In this document: piece after piece, positions 1 through 14,549 of the stretch
Layout: each line of letters starts with the position of its first letter
Numbering within the stretch: position 1 is the stretch's first letter
NCBI GenBank assembly: GCA_026770705.1
Contig: JANJGN010000027.1
Coordinates: 16,864,001-16,928,000 of the forward strand
Direction: 5' to 3'
From: Isurus oxyrinchus
Lineage: Eukaryota
DNA: 64,000 nt
Notes under the pieces: generated by a model
Seen by the model: only the letters and a program-made list of their open reading frames with translations
What the model was told of the DNA's origin: nothing
The model's database searches: none
Translations under genes and position numbers: made by a program

Positions 1-709
1 CACAGAAAAAGGAGGAAGTTGGAGCAAAAAAAAACCTCATTCTTAAAAAATACCTTTACTCAAAGCTATATGATAGTCAATTAGCTATGTAATGCATCTA
101 TCAATACCCACTATTTTAAGTGTTTGGAGGAACTACCAGCTGAGACTGAACATTTGAGTGTCTTGACCAAAAATATGCTCCAGCAAGTTATTTGGTATCG
201 ATTAGTCACTCTTGCACTGGGTTATTGACATTCAAGGAATTTCCATTGCTTCTTCACTTATGCATAAAAGGTCTCTGATGTGCACTCTGTCAGATTTTAC
301 TTCCAAGTTGCAACCCAGCAATTGTAAAACAAAACCCAAAGTGCAGCATCAGCTCCAATTCATCAACTTTTGAACAATCACAAATGTAACTAATAATCAG
401 AGCTGTGTTCTACATATATTTTAACACACTTCTGACATTTAAAAAAAATTGTTTCATCACATACCACTGAATATCTGCATGTGACTTCACTGGGTGATCA
501 TTTAATTGGCAACAATGAAATTGGACTGATGGAAACGAGGCCAAGTTAAGATGCAAGATAGAATGGAACTAGAAACAGGTTTTCAGCCGTCAAGACTTCC
601 TTCCACAGATTATGCACGATCTGTCCCGTCAGAATCTGACTTAATTTCCTAATGACAGCTTCTATAATACATCTTTCTACTTACTCTAAAAACTAAACGG
701 TATGTTACT

Positions 710-3283
710 GGGGATGCAGTGGTGTTGTGGTTATGTCACTGGACCAGCAATCCAGAGGCCCAGGCTAATGCTCTGGGGACCTAGGTTCAAATTCCAAAAA
801 GAGAGAGAGCTGTCCTATAGACAAGTCAAGCAACAGCTTGACACAGTCATACTCTTAGAATCATGCCATACAATGTCCCCGGCATCACCATCACCAGAGG
901 TGGCAGCACAGTCAGGAGGGAGTTGCCCTGGGAGTCCTCAACATCCGATTCTGGACCACATGAAGTCTCCAGGTAGCACCATTACTTACCAAGCTGGCCT
1001 GAACCTAAAGGGCATAATTGCTAGACTGGGTCTGCAGCAGGTGGTGAGGGAACCAACAAGAGGGAAATATATACCTGTCCACATCCTCACCAATCTCCTG
1101 TCACAGGTGCATCTGTCCATGACAGTATTGGTAAGAGTGACTGCCATACAGTCCTTGTGGAGATGAAGTCCCTTCCTCATATTGAGGATACACTTCTTCG
1201 TGTTGTGTGGCACTACCACCGTGCTAAATAGGATAGATTTTGAACAGATCTAGCCAACTCAAAATTGGCATCCATGAGGCACTGTGGGCCATCAGGAGCA
1301 GCAGAATTGTATACAATCGCAATCTGTAGCCTCATGGCCTGACATATCCCCTACTCTATCATTACCTCAAGCCAGGGGATCAACTCTGGTTCAATGAAGA
1401 ATGCAGGATGGCATGCCAGGAACAGCACCAAGCATACCTAAAAATGAGGTGTCAACTTGCTGAAGCTATTGCATGTCAAACAGCAGGAGCAGTACGTGAT
1501 AGACAGGCCTAAGTGATCCCACAAACTGTGAGATCTGTAATCCTGCCACATGCAATCGTGAATGGTGGTGGACAATTAAACAACTAACAGGAGGAGGAAG
1601 CTCCACAGGTATCCCCATCCTCAATGATGGAGGAACACAGCACATCAGAGCAAAAGACAAAGCTGAAGCATTTGCAACCATCTTCAGCCAGGAGCACTGA
1701 GTGGATGATACATCTTGGCCTCCAGGGCTCCAGCATCACAGGTGCCAGCCTTCAGCCAATTCGATTCCTTTCTCATGAAGGCATTAAATATTGCAAAGAT
1801 TATGGGCCCTGACAACATTCTGAAAATTGGGCTCTAGAACTAGCTGCTCCCCTAGCCAAATTGTTCCAGTACAGCTACAACACTGGTATCTACTCGACTA
1901 TGTGAAAATTTGCCCAGGTATGTCCTGTCCATAAAAAGCAGGACAAATCCAAACTGGCCAATTACCGCCCCTCTACTCCCAATCATCAGTAATGTGATGG
2001 AAAGGGTCATCAATGGTGCTATCAAGCAATACTTACTCAGCAATAACCAGGTCACTGATGTTCAGTTTGGTTACCGCCAGGGCCACTCAGATCCTGACCT
2101 CATTACAGTCTTGGTCCAAACATGGACAAAAGAGCTGAACTCAAGATAGAGTGACCTCCCTTGACATCAAGGCAGCATTTGACCAAGTGTGGCATCAAGG
2201 AGCCCTAGCAGAACTGAAGTTAATGGGGGTCAGGGGGAAAGAAGTAAAAGCTCCACTCATTGGCAGTCATACCTAGCACAAAGGGTGTGGTTGTTGGAGG
2301 TCAGTCATCTCAGTCTCAGGACACTGCCGCATGAGTTCCTCAGAGTAGTGTCCTAGGCTCACCCATTTTCAACTGCTTCATCAATGACCTTCCCTCTGTC
2401 ATAAGATTAAAAGTGATCTTTTGATGATTGCACAAAGCTCAGCACCATTTGCGACTCCTCAGATACTGAATCAGAATGTGTCCACATGCAGACAACATTC
2501 AGGCATGGGCTAGTAATTGGAAAATAACATCTGTACCACACATGCCAGGCAATGACCATCTCCAACAAGAGAAAGTCCAACTATTTCCCATGACATTCAT
2601 TGGCATTACCATCACTGAATCCCCCACTATCAACTTCTGGGGGTTACCAATGACTAGAAACTGGACCAGTCATATAAATACTGTGGCTACAAGCGCAGGG
2701 TCAGGGGCTAGGAACTCTGCAATGAGCAACTCAGCTTCTGACTCCCCAAAGTCTGGCCACCATCCACAAGGCACAAAGTCAGGAGTGTGATGGAATACTC
2801 TCCACTTGCCTGGATGAGTGCAGCTCCAACAACACTAAAGAAGTTCAACAACATCCAGGACAAAGCAGCCTGCTTGACTGGCACCCATCCACCACCTTCC
2901 ATTCCATTCACCAGCAACACAGTGGCAGCAGTGGTACCATCTACAGGATGCACTGCAGCAACTCACCAAGGTTCCTTCAATAGAATCTTCCAAACTCATG
3001 ATCCCTACGATCTAGAAGGACAAAGGCAGCAGGTGCATGGGAACACCACTGTCTGCAAGTTTCCCACCAAGCCACACACCATTCTGACTTGGAATTATAT
3101 CAACAGTCCTTCACTGTTGCTGGTTCAAAATCCTGGAACGCCCTTCCAAACAGCACTGTTGGTATAACTAGGGCACATGGACTGCAATGGTTCAAGAAGG
3201 TGGCTAACCACCACCTTCCATTAGGGATGGACAATAAATATTGGTCTAGCCAGTGATGTCCAAATGCTGTGAAAAAAATAAAG
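710..3283 (+). mobile_element. Decayed non-LTR retrotransposon (CR1-group LINE, 'family A'), most of ORF2 plus 3' tail, preceded by a tRNA-like SINE head
   Basis: Frameshifted endonuclease (QQLDTVILLES, QVVREPTRG) and RT motifs (QFGYRQGHS, LDIKAAFDQVWH at ~2160, degenerate VPQxSVLG at ~2335). Tail ggacaataaat...ctagccagtgatgtcc followed by an A-rich end. Confidence 0.9.
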
Positions 3284-6200
3284 GAAAACACTTCATGGAC
3301 CAATCACCTCCATGTGTCACAGCAGAATATACTTATAGTTCCATCATTCAATCCAATACCTTACTAATTTATCTTTCATTTGTTTTTAACCACATGCATT
3401 TTCAACACATCATTAACTGCTTTAGTTAGAAGTGCAATGTTGGTATTAGGCTTATTTAGTATTCTGTATGAGAAAAATCTTACTAAGTCAGTTCACTTTA
3501 TAGTGCAATGATCCTAATCCATCATTTGAAATTCGTTCTCACCAACAGTATTATAAAGCTGAATATGTTTTCTCCGTACACAAGTTTGAAAACAAATTCT
3601 AAAAATATCGTTTATGTCAAGTAAACGTTATTCACAGTTCAAGTGGGTACAGTGTGGAATGTCACATATCCACATTTAAACTTTAATGAAATCTGAATGA
3701 TGACATTAGAGTCAATTTTACATATCCACTTCCATGTTGGGAATCAAATCCCCCTCATTTCAAATCTTGCTTGAGGTTTGTTAATGTCTTATATGCTTTT
3801 CCATGTTTTGTTACTCTATGTTGGAGAAATGAATTATTTAAGCAAAACAATATTTTCCATGGCAACTCTAGAGTATAACTATCTCTAAGAAATAAAAATA
3901 AATACCTTCCTTCTTCAATGTCAGGCTATTCAATTCTACTGCACAGAAAAATAAAGTGCAGTGTTGCATGATGGAGGCTAACAATGATGTCAATGATGTC
4001 TTGTAAAGATGTGAAACGCAAGGACATACAACCACTTGCAGGCAATTCCAAACATTATTTGCTGTGTATTATTAAGTGACTCACATTTCTGCCTGTTTGA
4101 TGAATACACTTCAATTTATTTGAGCAACCTGTGACTGTCCTAGTCAAAAACTACAGCTATTGAATAGGATTTAAGTCATTGCTGACTTTATCATTCTCTC
4201 AATGTCATTGTGAACAATTCTATTTTTAAAAATTAATCTAGTGATTTATTTGGACTATCTGAACTCCTGTATTGCACATATATTAATTGCAATGAAAAGG
4301 CCTGCTTCATGGTGAATGATGTCAAATTTGCTGTAACTTGAGTGCAAAATCATCCAAAATGCACTTCAGTCTTATTTGCTTTGACTTCCCGCTTGCTACC
4401 GCAGAACTACAGCTCAGACACAGTCAGTTGGACTTCGCAATTTTATTTATCAATATTAACAAAGGTAATGGGACAGCTGGCTCACTCAACATTAAAGCTG
4501 AATTGATATTCAGTTGTCAGTAAATGAAACTCAAGGCAAGTAGTAATTTTATCACACTACTGTCTCAAATGAACAATTCTTACAGATCACATTGCTAACC
4601 AATATATCTCTCACCCGACATATTAAATTTGATACTCTGGATGAACCTACTCTTAAAACTCCCTGAGCTCTCTAGATCCAACAATCGATTTTCTTTCCTG
4701 ATGAATCGCTTACTAAGTACATTGTTGAGTCAAATGATGACTCACATTGCAGATTATTAATTGCTGCAGGAATCCTTGTACAATATCAAGCCAAATCAAG
4801 AAAATCCTTTTGGGAATAGTATTAGGATGATTTGGGTCACAACTAATTAAATAAACATAATACTTTTTTGTTATTCCTTGCATATAGTATAGTCACTATT
4901 TACCATACCAAGTTTCACGAGTGCTACCAACTAATTTGATCTATCCCATAAGCTTCCTTGAACTTTGACATCAAACTATTTTAAATACAGTGAATCTTTA
5001 ATGATAGCCTAGTGTTAAACCACAACGCCACACCAGCATTATTCCATACTGCAACTTCTGAACCTTAGGGGGGGGTTTCAGGAGGAGACATTTTGAAAAA
5101 ACTAACAGGGGAGGGCCAATTAAAAGAAAATAAAATTACATATACTTTCTAATCGACAGCTGAATTGACACAGTCTGGAAAACAGCACCAGTCTGGCCTC
5201 TTGGCTATGGGATGATTTGGGTTTACCGGCCTATGGGATATGTATGTAGCAATGAAATAAAATGATGGCAAATGTGAATCAGTTCCAATGCATCTAGACA
5301 TAGGAAGCAGAAATATAGTATGTGAATTTCAGTTCAGAATAATTTTAAAAGCATAAAAAGTATCTGCAATATATTTTAGGGGGATTTCAACAATTCCAGC
5401 AGGGAACTCCTGCTCAAGGAGTGCACAGACCAGCAGTAGAGCTAAAAGATTGGAATCCAAACTTGTCGTTCTCCAAAAGTGGGGGACAACATTCAAGACT
5501 GAATGACAGGACCTAGTGCCTTGAGGTCAACTGCCCAGCAAGATGTTTGAGCAATAAAACATCTCTAATTTTCTTCTCTGAGAAATTCATTTTTTGGAAA
5601 AAAAAATGCGCTGCCACACATCTAAATTTGTTTTCTCCTGTCACCCCAACCTGCTAATCATATGATTTTTCTTAACAAAATGAATTTCAGAACTGGTCAT
5701 CTGAACATGTTATTACATGTCAGAACAACAACTGTAAGCTCAAATTAGTTATTTAACAAAACAAATTCTATGGATAACTAACCGGTTAAGATTGTTGCAA
5801 GAGCTGGGGTGAAATGGCAACTGAATTAAAACTATAAAGAATGCATGTGATCAACATTCCTGCAATTTTCTATCAAGAAAGCGGAATGTCATAAGAAACT
5901 GAACACGAAAATTTTTTGTGAAAACATCCCATCTTTAACATTATGGCTAATCTTACCAACGAAATAATTCCTGTATACTGCCATGTCTTGCACTATTATT
6001 TTATTCCAGATGTTTTTAAATGCCTGAAAATGCTATTAATTGTCATCTCCTTCACATTGCCACATTTTGCAAAAGACTTTCATACATACGTATACCATTT
6101 TCTTGTCATAAGTCAGATAGCAAGACTATGCATCACCATCTAATTGTCAATGAAATCGAGGTCCCCACAAAACTGAAGCAGCAGCTAATGTTAACAGTGA

Positions 6201-6509
6201 CAGTTTATTATTTCACAGCAATTTTATCACTAAAGTATTCAGTTTAAATATTCCTCAACACTGTATTAAACTGGATTCAAATCCTGTTACTGCCATTGTA
6301 TGCTTATCAACACTCTGATGGTCATCGAACTGAAACTGACAATCATAAGAATTTAGTGTATTAAGTTCTAATGATCAATAGTGAATTTATTTTAATTTCC
6401 TTTCAATTGTGCAATAGCTCAGGAAATGTGCCAATGACTAAGGCATTAATGCTTCATAAAATATTGTTCGCTATATTTGAGATTTTTAAGTAATTATAAT
6501 ATATAAGAA

Positions 6510-6840
6510 GTGTTCTGTCTGACAGAAAGAACATGTGCACACATTGCATCTGTTTCAGCTAAACAAAATAAGTGACAGCCATTCACTGGGTCATTCCCCA
6601 GGGCAATGTATTGACTAGAGTCAAGTTGCCTGATTTAAATTTCAAACAATGCTTGGCAGTTAACTGTCAGTCACCATCAACTGATACAGTCACCATGGTA
6701 ATGCCTCTACCAGAGTGCCCTTGCCAATCAGCACACTCTTCTCTTACAGTATAAATATGTTGCTTCCCTTGACATTAGTATTTCCTTGTGACTTGTCCTG
6801 ATGAGTGCGAGGTGAAAAGCTTCAACATGAAATGTCTCAT
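6510..6840 (+). mobile_element. Penelope-like element 3' remnant (ORF C-terminus plus terminal region with hammerhead motif)
   Basis: 6523-6555 encodes QKEHVHTLHLF, matching QKEYVQALHLF in the copy at ~10160. The downstream non-coding part aligns with the reverse complement of ~9980-10110 and ends in CTGATGA...GAAA. Confidence 0.8.
6793..6827 (+). ncRNA. Minimal type I hammerhead ribozyme-like motif (degenerate stems)
   Basis: ttgtc-CTGATGA-gtgcgaggt-GAAA-agct-TC-aaca. Both catalytic boxes are present, with palindromic AAGCTT at stem III and a predicted UUC cleavage site at 6823. Confidence 0.7.
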
Positions 6841-7587
6841 AATATTACTGCACCATAATCTAGCAAAACCCCAAGTTGTTGAACAAAATGGTTACAAATT
6901 ATCAATACAAAATTAAAATAAAACAGTGTAATGTTGCCATTTTGCTAATGAATGTGATGACAATTTTTAATAAGTACATCAGTTACATGTACCTAGCATA
7001 GTAAATTAACCTTTGGTCTAACTGACTTGAGGTATGTTTTGTTTGCTGTTTTAATAAAGGAACAGAAACAGACTGCAGTATTGGTGGTTTACATAGATTT
7101 TCAGAAGGCTTTTGATCAGTTTTACAAAAGGCGTGTAACAAAAAATTCATGGGTATAGAACAGTAGAAAAATAAAGCAAGATAGGTAGAAGTTTATTTGA
7201 TGGACAGAAAATTTTGGCAAACACCAAAATGACTGCAAATGACATTAGGAAAACAATTAGTGGAACAGGCAGATACAATTTAATTTAACATGGATATATT
7301 TGAGGCAAAATGTCTTGGAAGAAAAAAAACTAATGATTGGAGCACATACACAATCGAAGCACATGTATGAAAAGAAAAAAACTATAGGACTCAAACTGAT
7401 AATTCGCAAAGTGTAAGTGCAAGTACATAAAACCATACCAGTCAAGTGTCATGAAACATCTATGTTAAAGATGCCATATAAACGCAAGTTGCTCTTGTTC
7501 TGACCACATAACAGTCCAACTCAGTGTGAAATTGGTAAAGAAGGCATGACTATTTGTTGTTAATGACTTACCAGTTAACTAGTACTA

Positions 7588-7794
<207 letters not shown>

Positions 7795-7945
7795 CTAGAA
7801 GGGGACAAAAGATGCACAATGTTACTGGCTGTAGGTGAATCTATTTCAAATATCACAGCTTTTATGCAAGAAACTCATGAATGCAGTAAGTGATATCAGA
7901 CACTTAATAAATTGAGTATCAATGTAATTACATTTTAACACTATT

Positions 7946-8478
7946 AGTCTGAATTTTTCTGTCATAATAATAATGGCAAGGTTATCAGCCATTATTAGAG
8001 GATAAATCTAACAACGTCTGGTATTCACACAGGTACACTTAAATGCAGAAATCCAACAACTGCTAAACAACCTCTCTGGCCCTGAAAAAAATAAATTTTA
8101 CAAATGTGGAGAATCATTACCTCAGATGTTAGATTTAAAAAAAACTTTAAAAAAATCTGTCTTTCAATTTTATCTCTTAATGTCATCTGTGTTTCCAAAT
8201 CTTTATTTTGCTTTCTGTACACTATTTAAATTTAATTTATATTTCTGGTTTTCTATTTTATGGTTTATACTGTGATACACAATTCTTCAAGAGGTTTAAA
8301 AACTTCTGTGTTGGTTTCCTTGGTCACAGGTGCCAAAGATGCCCAATGAGAGCACCATACTCATACTGATGCCGTAACAGAAATCTCAGCTGACAAGCCC
8401 ATGTAAAGTCTGTAGGCAACTGTATGCGAGGTGAATGACAAAAGCCATTTCTTCATCAGTGAGAAGAAAATACGGGCC
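7946..8478. mobile_element. Non-autonomous DNA transposon/MITE, Harbinger-like
   Basis: Degenerate TIRs (agtctgaatttt / gaaaatacgggcc) with ATT on both flanks (7943-7945, 8479-8481). Homologous to 21821-22529. Confidence 0.65.
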
Positions 8479-8939
8479 ATTGTTTTGATATTAAGACAAA
8501 AAAATTCTAATAGAAAAGTAATATATTCAGATCAATTTTAAGTACAATAACACGTACTTAACAGTACTGCTCTACATCTTTCATCACAATTTTTAGACTA
8601 AGATACAGCCAAGGGACAATTCAGTGATCTATTCATTCCAGTAATTAACATCCATATTGGCTTTAATTTAAAAAATAGCTGAAGGTAACAAGAATGCTTT
8701 TGAAATATGTGCACTATATTTACAATTCTGCAACAACCCAAATGCATGCCATTCTAAATATATGCTCCAGTGTAGTTGCACTGCAGGAATTGTTTGAATG
8801 TTACTCTATTGAGAGCTATGTGAACAGGCTGCACAAAAGATATTGCCTTCTCTGCACCAGATAGAGGAAAGAAGAGCTCTGTACATGTATACTTAGTGTT
8901 TGAATGCCAGACGATTTCATTCATAAAAATACATTGAAG

Positions 8940-9375
8940 GTATGGCAGCATAGTAGTTATGCTAATCCAGAGACCTGAGTTCAAATCCTAACAGAGTAGC
9001 TCAATGTCAGAATGCTCGCCTTGGAGTCAGAGGGTTGTGCTTACTCCAGGTCATGAGTACAATCTAGACCAACACTCAGTGCAAAACTGTCAAAGTGCTG
9101 CAGTGTTGCAAATGTCATCTTTCAGATGCATTAGTCAACCCTTTCTCCTTATTCAGGTGGACATAAAAGACCCCCACGACAACATTAAAAGAATACTTAT
9201 CACTCAACCAACACCACTAAAAAAAAGTAACAGTCATTATTTGTAGGACTGTGTCCAAATTTGCGGTCACATTTGCCAACTTAACAGCAATTAGATTTCA
9301 AAAGAAATTCAATGGTCATGACACTGTTTGGATTGTCCCAAGGTCATAAAATATGTTAAATAAATATCAGAGTTT
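8940..9375 (+). mobile_element. Short SINE head followed by a decayed DeuSINE (SacSINE1-like) copy
   Basis: tRNA-like heads (gagttcaaatcc; cgccttggagtcagagggttgtg), Deu-like core tcaggtggacataaaagacccc and an L2-like tail. Confidence 0.6.
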
Positions 9376-9979
9376 TTTTCTGGAATATGTACAATTGTTT
9401 TTCCCAATTTTATTCATGAAGTTAAAGCCCCTCAACTTGATTTTATTGTGCTATATATCGACTCCAGTTGAAATTTATGTACTCCCTTCCAGCACTGTGA
9501 CCCTGGCCAGCCAAAAGGATTTTGAGAAAAATCCTGAGATTCAATCTCTGATTTGCACCCCCACAACTGGAGAATGCCAGACCTTCACTTGGTACCTCTC
9601 CACACAAAGCTGAGAGCTGGTGAAAATCTTTTTAAAGCCAATAAATTTAAATGTAAAATAATGCTGTTCATTATTGAATGCTGTGTCTTTTAGCTGACGT
9701 CTCGGTACTGGATGTTCCATGAGTTGAATAATTTTCAACAGCAAAATGTTTTTGAGATATGCTTCCTCAATTTCTACACACTTCTAACATTACTCACTGG
9801 ATCTTTGCCAGTTTACACTAGGTTGTCAATCTTATCTTAATGTGTATGTAAAACAGCACCTCTTCAGCTCTGTTTATACTAACATACAGATTAAATGCAA
9901 TCCAAATTGATTTTCCCACATTTTACATTAAAAAACAATTTTCTAAAGTACTTGAAAAGCTAATTGAAATTTTGCTGAA

Positions 9980-10650
9980 AAGGGAGACACGCTTCTGAAG
10001 TTTTTTGTCTTGCACTCATCAGAACAAATGCAAGAATGCCAAATTTCGAATGATCACAACCATTTATGCTATTGGTTGGCAACTCTGACTGGCTGAGGCA
10101 TTGCTATAAAGAAAGCAACATGGAATTATAGGCTCCCCAAGCTCCCAGGAAATTCAAAAAAGGTGCAAGGCTTGAACATATTCCTTTTGTTTGCAGAGAA
10201 TGGGTCCCGGCATATGAATGTATGTCGCTTCTAGCAAGCATATATGAGCCACGTTACAAACGCGACTGATTATCTTAAATTGGTTGTTAGTGTAGCTATT
10301 AGTGCTCTCTGGATGTTCAGCAAGTGCTACCCAATCGTGGAATTGCATCCAAGAGTAGACATTTTATTTTGCGTTTTGCAAGCGTAGACTGGTTGATTAC
10401 AGTTTGTACTCTGCCTATTACGAACAACTGAAAGAATGTGCTGGTTGATTCGATCAGCCAATCACTGGGACGTATGGCCTATGCATCTGGCATTGAAATT
10501 CTTACAAGATGTTACTCAAATACTTGATAGGCAGAATGTCTTTTTGGACCGATGGCAGCACCTTATTAGTACAAAATACCACTCACTTAGCCAATGCGTA
10601 ATAGCAGCATGAAATGGCCATGAAAATTAGCTTAAATTTGCTTTCAACAA
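9980..10650 (-). mobile_element. Penelope-like retroelement remnant encoding a decayed GIY-YIG endonuclease
   Basis: Minus strand reads ...VVFCTNKVLPSVQKDILP..SNIL*EFQCQ..CIGHTSQ*LADRINQH...STIG*HLL..NQFKIISRVCNVAHICLLEATYIHMPGPILCKQKEYVQALHLF*. This is the GIY-YIG (VVY...YIG) layout with the conserved R and E, followed by a hammerhead-like terminus. Confidence 0.85.
9991..10027 (-). ncRNA. Degenerate hammerhead ribozyme motif (GAAA box mutated)
   Basis: Minus strand reads ttgtt-CTGATGA-gtgcaagac-AAAA-aact-TC, homologous to 6793-6827. Confidence 0.55.
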
Positions 10651-13600
10651 ACACAAATGAAACCTGGGACAACAAAGGCAAGATTATAGCGTAACCATTA
10701 ACTGCATTCAGTACAGGCCTTCCAAAGGTTTATGTTTAAATTTACTCAGATTTAATTAATTCCCATATGGGGCCTGAATTTCAAATAAAACTAACATTAT
10801 ATTACTATTATGTAATATAAACAGCTGAAGTGGACAGTGGAATTCCCTTGTGCTATTCTGAAAGACCCATTTTCCTCACATATCCTTGGAACTCACATGG
10901 CCTCAAATACAAGTAGTGATGCACTGATATGTTTCCTCTAGCACCTCATCAACACAATTCAGTGAAATTACTACCATTCATCAATAAAACAATTGTTTCT
11001 CTACTTTGTGAAGTGGCATTTCCTGAATCACCAGTAGCCCTTCCAAACTTCAATAACAGTATTTCAAAATACTTGTAAATGGAGCTTTAAAATGTGGCAT
11101 AAAATGCAACTTACTGTATTACTTTCCATTTGGAATTTTATTAACTTTCAGGATGATGATGACCACTGAAAAGCTGAATTATTTTAAAGCTACAGGGTAT
11201 TTCAATGCTAGCAATTGTGGAGCTCTCAGAGTTTCTGTTCAAGTCAGGGGGCTATAGTGAGATCCAAAATGTCAATAGATTAAGGATTGAAGTTAAACCA
11301 TCAGGATTAAAAGATGCTAGCTGGTGATTGGATTTGTGAGAAGCATAAAAAGGCTCTCTTTCAGAACTGATTTACATTGTTCCAATGAAACCATGGTAGC
11401 AATCAAGGGGCAGTCATTTGAGCAAGGCAGGGCAAAATAAACGAAGGATTGGTGTACTGAAGGAATGCTAGTGTGCATACTTATGACAGTACAACATTGG
11501 CAATGGAATTGTGTGTGTAAAAAGACAGGAGCCAGAAACCACAGAAGGAACAATGGCAGCTAGAAGTGGATGGAACAGTGAGAACAGTCTTAAGACAGAA
11601 AAAGTATTAAAGAAAACAGGAAATATATTGAAGGGCGGAAATGCAGTGCTAACTCACAGGAGGTGTTTTGGTCTGGTTTGGATTACAGCTTTTTAAAATT
11701 AACTCTACAGCAGTGGCAGAAATTGTGATGTGTATAGTTTCTGTTCCTCTCTGACAAACATGAATGCTTCAGTCATAAAGGAAATGATGTAGCTGGTGAC
11801 ACATGAACAGAGTTCCAAAACAATCCAGTACAAATAATCCATCAACATATTCAATGGGGAATACTGAAATATCTAGTTTATTCCTGCATGAAGACGACCT
11901 TCACAGTTCACTCATAGAACAAACTAAGTAATTCACCATTCCCAAGAGTGTATCATCTATATGCTAATGCTTAAAGTCCATTTCCTCAGTTTGTCGTGTT
12001 GAGATCTTGTACACACAGATGTAGTTCAAGCGATACTGTCAACCTACTTATAAGAACACACAGCTGATTGCTATCAGAAATTTTCTACAACAGCCTGGAG
12101 TGAACCAGCTCCTAGATTCGTTGATATGATGTAACACATGATTTTGTATCTAAATTGTATCTCTCCCACAGAAGAACACGACATTTGCTTGGTTCTCATT
12201 CTAGGTTTCTGAATCATCTTGGGTATGCAGTTCAATAATTATGCTTCATTAACAGTTTCTTGCAAAATGAGAAAAAATTCCCATGATCTTTAGCACCTGA
12301 TTTTCTCTCATTTTTGATTGTTGACAATTGTCTACAAGTGGCAAATTAATATTTTCAACACTGCAAAGGAAATCAGGTAATCAAAGCCTTAGTAATTACT
12401 GCCATTTAGATGCTACAAATTTGAATATATAAAGCTTTCAATGTGCACAATTGAGCTTTGTTTGATTGCTCACCAATTTTTTTCTATACAGCAAAGTACA
12501 TGGCTTTTGATTCAGCATGCTACTAAAAATGCTAAAAGACCCCTTGCCATGCATTATGAAGTTGTTTCAACAAATGTATTGTAAATTATATGGCACCTGG
12601 ATAAGATATCTCTGCAGCTCTGCTATGCCACCATAATGATCGTCTCATCCTTGTAGCACACTTGGGTTGTATTTGTCTACAACAATATTAAAACCCTTTT
12701 GATGAATATTATATTTACAATAGTTTGAGGATTCATTATGGCTAATCTCATATTTATGTAACTGACTGGAAGATTAGCATAATAGAACAGCTCAGCCAAC
12801 AAATTCCTGTCATTTACTCAGCAGTTGTCAGTCCTTAAATCAATGGTTAAAAATAATCTACCAGGAAATCATGAATAATTATAAATTTATAACAGATCAG
12901 CTGAAACCTCTTTTTAATCCATTTATTGCTGACAAATTTGTTCTGCGGCTATTAGCACGACTAACGGCAATCTCTTTTTCTCTGCATGACATACCTGACA
13001 ATTTAATCATTGGTTTTCCAATTTATTTTTCTGCCTGTCATTTTTATAGTATTTTCAATTTAAAGTACTGCTACTTATATTAATTCAGGTTGTTATGCTG
13101 ATACAAAATGTAACTTTTTTCTTTAGTCAATCAATTATATCTAATTGCAAAGTGAAAATTATCACAAGTAAGTTAGACATTCCACAAATCAAAAGTTATA
13201 CGGTTAAAATAGGTTATCTAGCAAGAAGACTAAAGCCAATGTGTAGAAGAGTGTCAAATAAAAAAAGCAGGGATCTATTGTGATCAAAAACAAAATTAGC
13301 CCTAGAGCAAATAGGATGAACTCATTTTAATGACACTGCATCATGCCACAATAAAGCTGTGCTTCCCACTCACTAAAATATAAAAATAATTCTCCACGTC
13401 ACGAGACTACAGCTCTCTGATGTAACCTTTTTTTTAATCAAAATTCTTTACCAACTAAAAACTGACACAAGTGGAAACATAGTTGGAAACATTTTTGTTT
13501 CCACATATTCGAGGGAATTATGAAATCATTAATATCTCAAAAGTCTCATTCCAGGTTGTATAATTGACAAGAACAACCTACAAAATTATCTCCTGTCATC

Positions 13601-14549
13601 TAATTGTTCTCTGTTGGGAGACTTCCAACTACATGTGTAATCAGTGCCATCACTTAGTTAATCTACTGGAGCCGTTTCATGTGTGGAAAGCAAGTCAATA
13701 AGAGTAGGACTAACAAAGCATGCATACCCCAAAGAAAGTTCAAGTATATGTGCAAGTGGACACTTGGGAATCCAATGCTTTTAACTTGCATTACTGACCT
13801 GACACAAACAATTTAACACAAGCAGCATGTGGTCACATCTCTATTCTTAAGCTAAACTGCTTTCCTCCTTCTTTTGGATAAACTTGTGAACAATAAATAA
13901 GTTAAACAATGTTTAATAACAGAATATATATGTTAAGATATTGCAAATAACTCAAATATTTGAAAAGCTTGTCTTTATGATGGCCTATATGGTCCTGCAT
14001 GGAAACACTCCATGATGGGCCTTGACAGACAAGTATCTTCAAAAATTCAGCGTTGACAATGAATTCATCAAAGAAATCTCAGAGACTGAGGATACTGAAT
14101 GCGTATCTCTCTTTTGCCATTTTTCTTTCTTCCAATGACACATACGTTTATACCCCTTCTCCACAGGTTTCAGTACTAAGAGGATCATTTTATCGCTATC
14201 AAAATAGCCATATCTTGACAGTAATGCCGTAGTCTACAAAGCTCTCTTAGAAGTTGCATTGGAAATAGTTTATCCCCCTTTCCAGCCTCTTGCCCAAGGT
14301 CAATACTTGGGCTTTAAACTGGTCAACATGTACTTCATAAGTGCTTCAACTGTAATTTCGCACTATTATCCCCAATGGTTTCTGGAATATGGTTTATAAT
14401 TATAATTTATAGTGATAATTCCTTAATAGCAGAATATAATCACCAAAAAGGACAATCAGAGATGGAAGAAAAAATACATGATGAGGAGGATCTTCTTGCA
14501 ACTTATACAGATTTAACTTTGCATAAAGCCAATATTTTTCTTCCACAGA

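Noticed and set aside
710-795. tRNA gene
   Set aside because: A/B-box-like sequence without a cloverleaf, matching multi-copy SINE heads.
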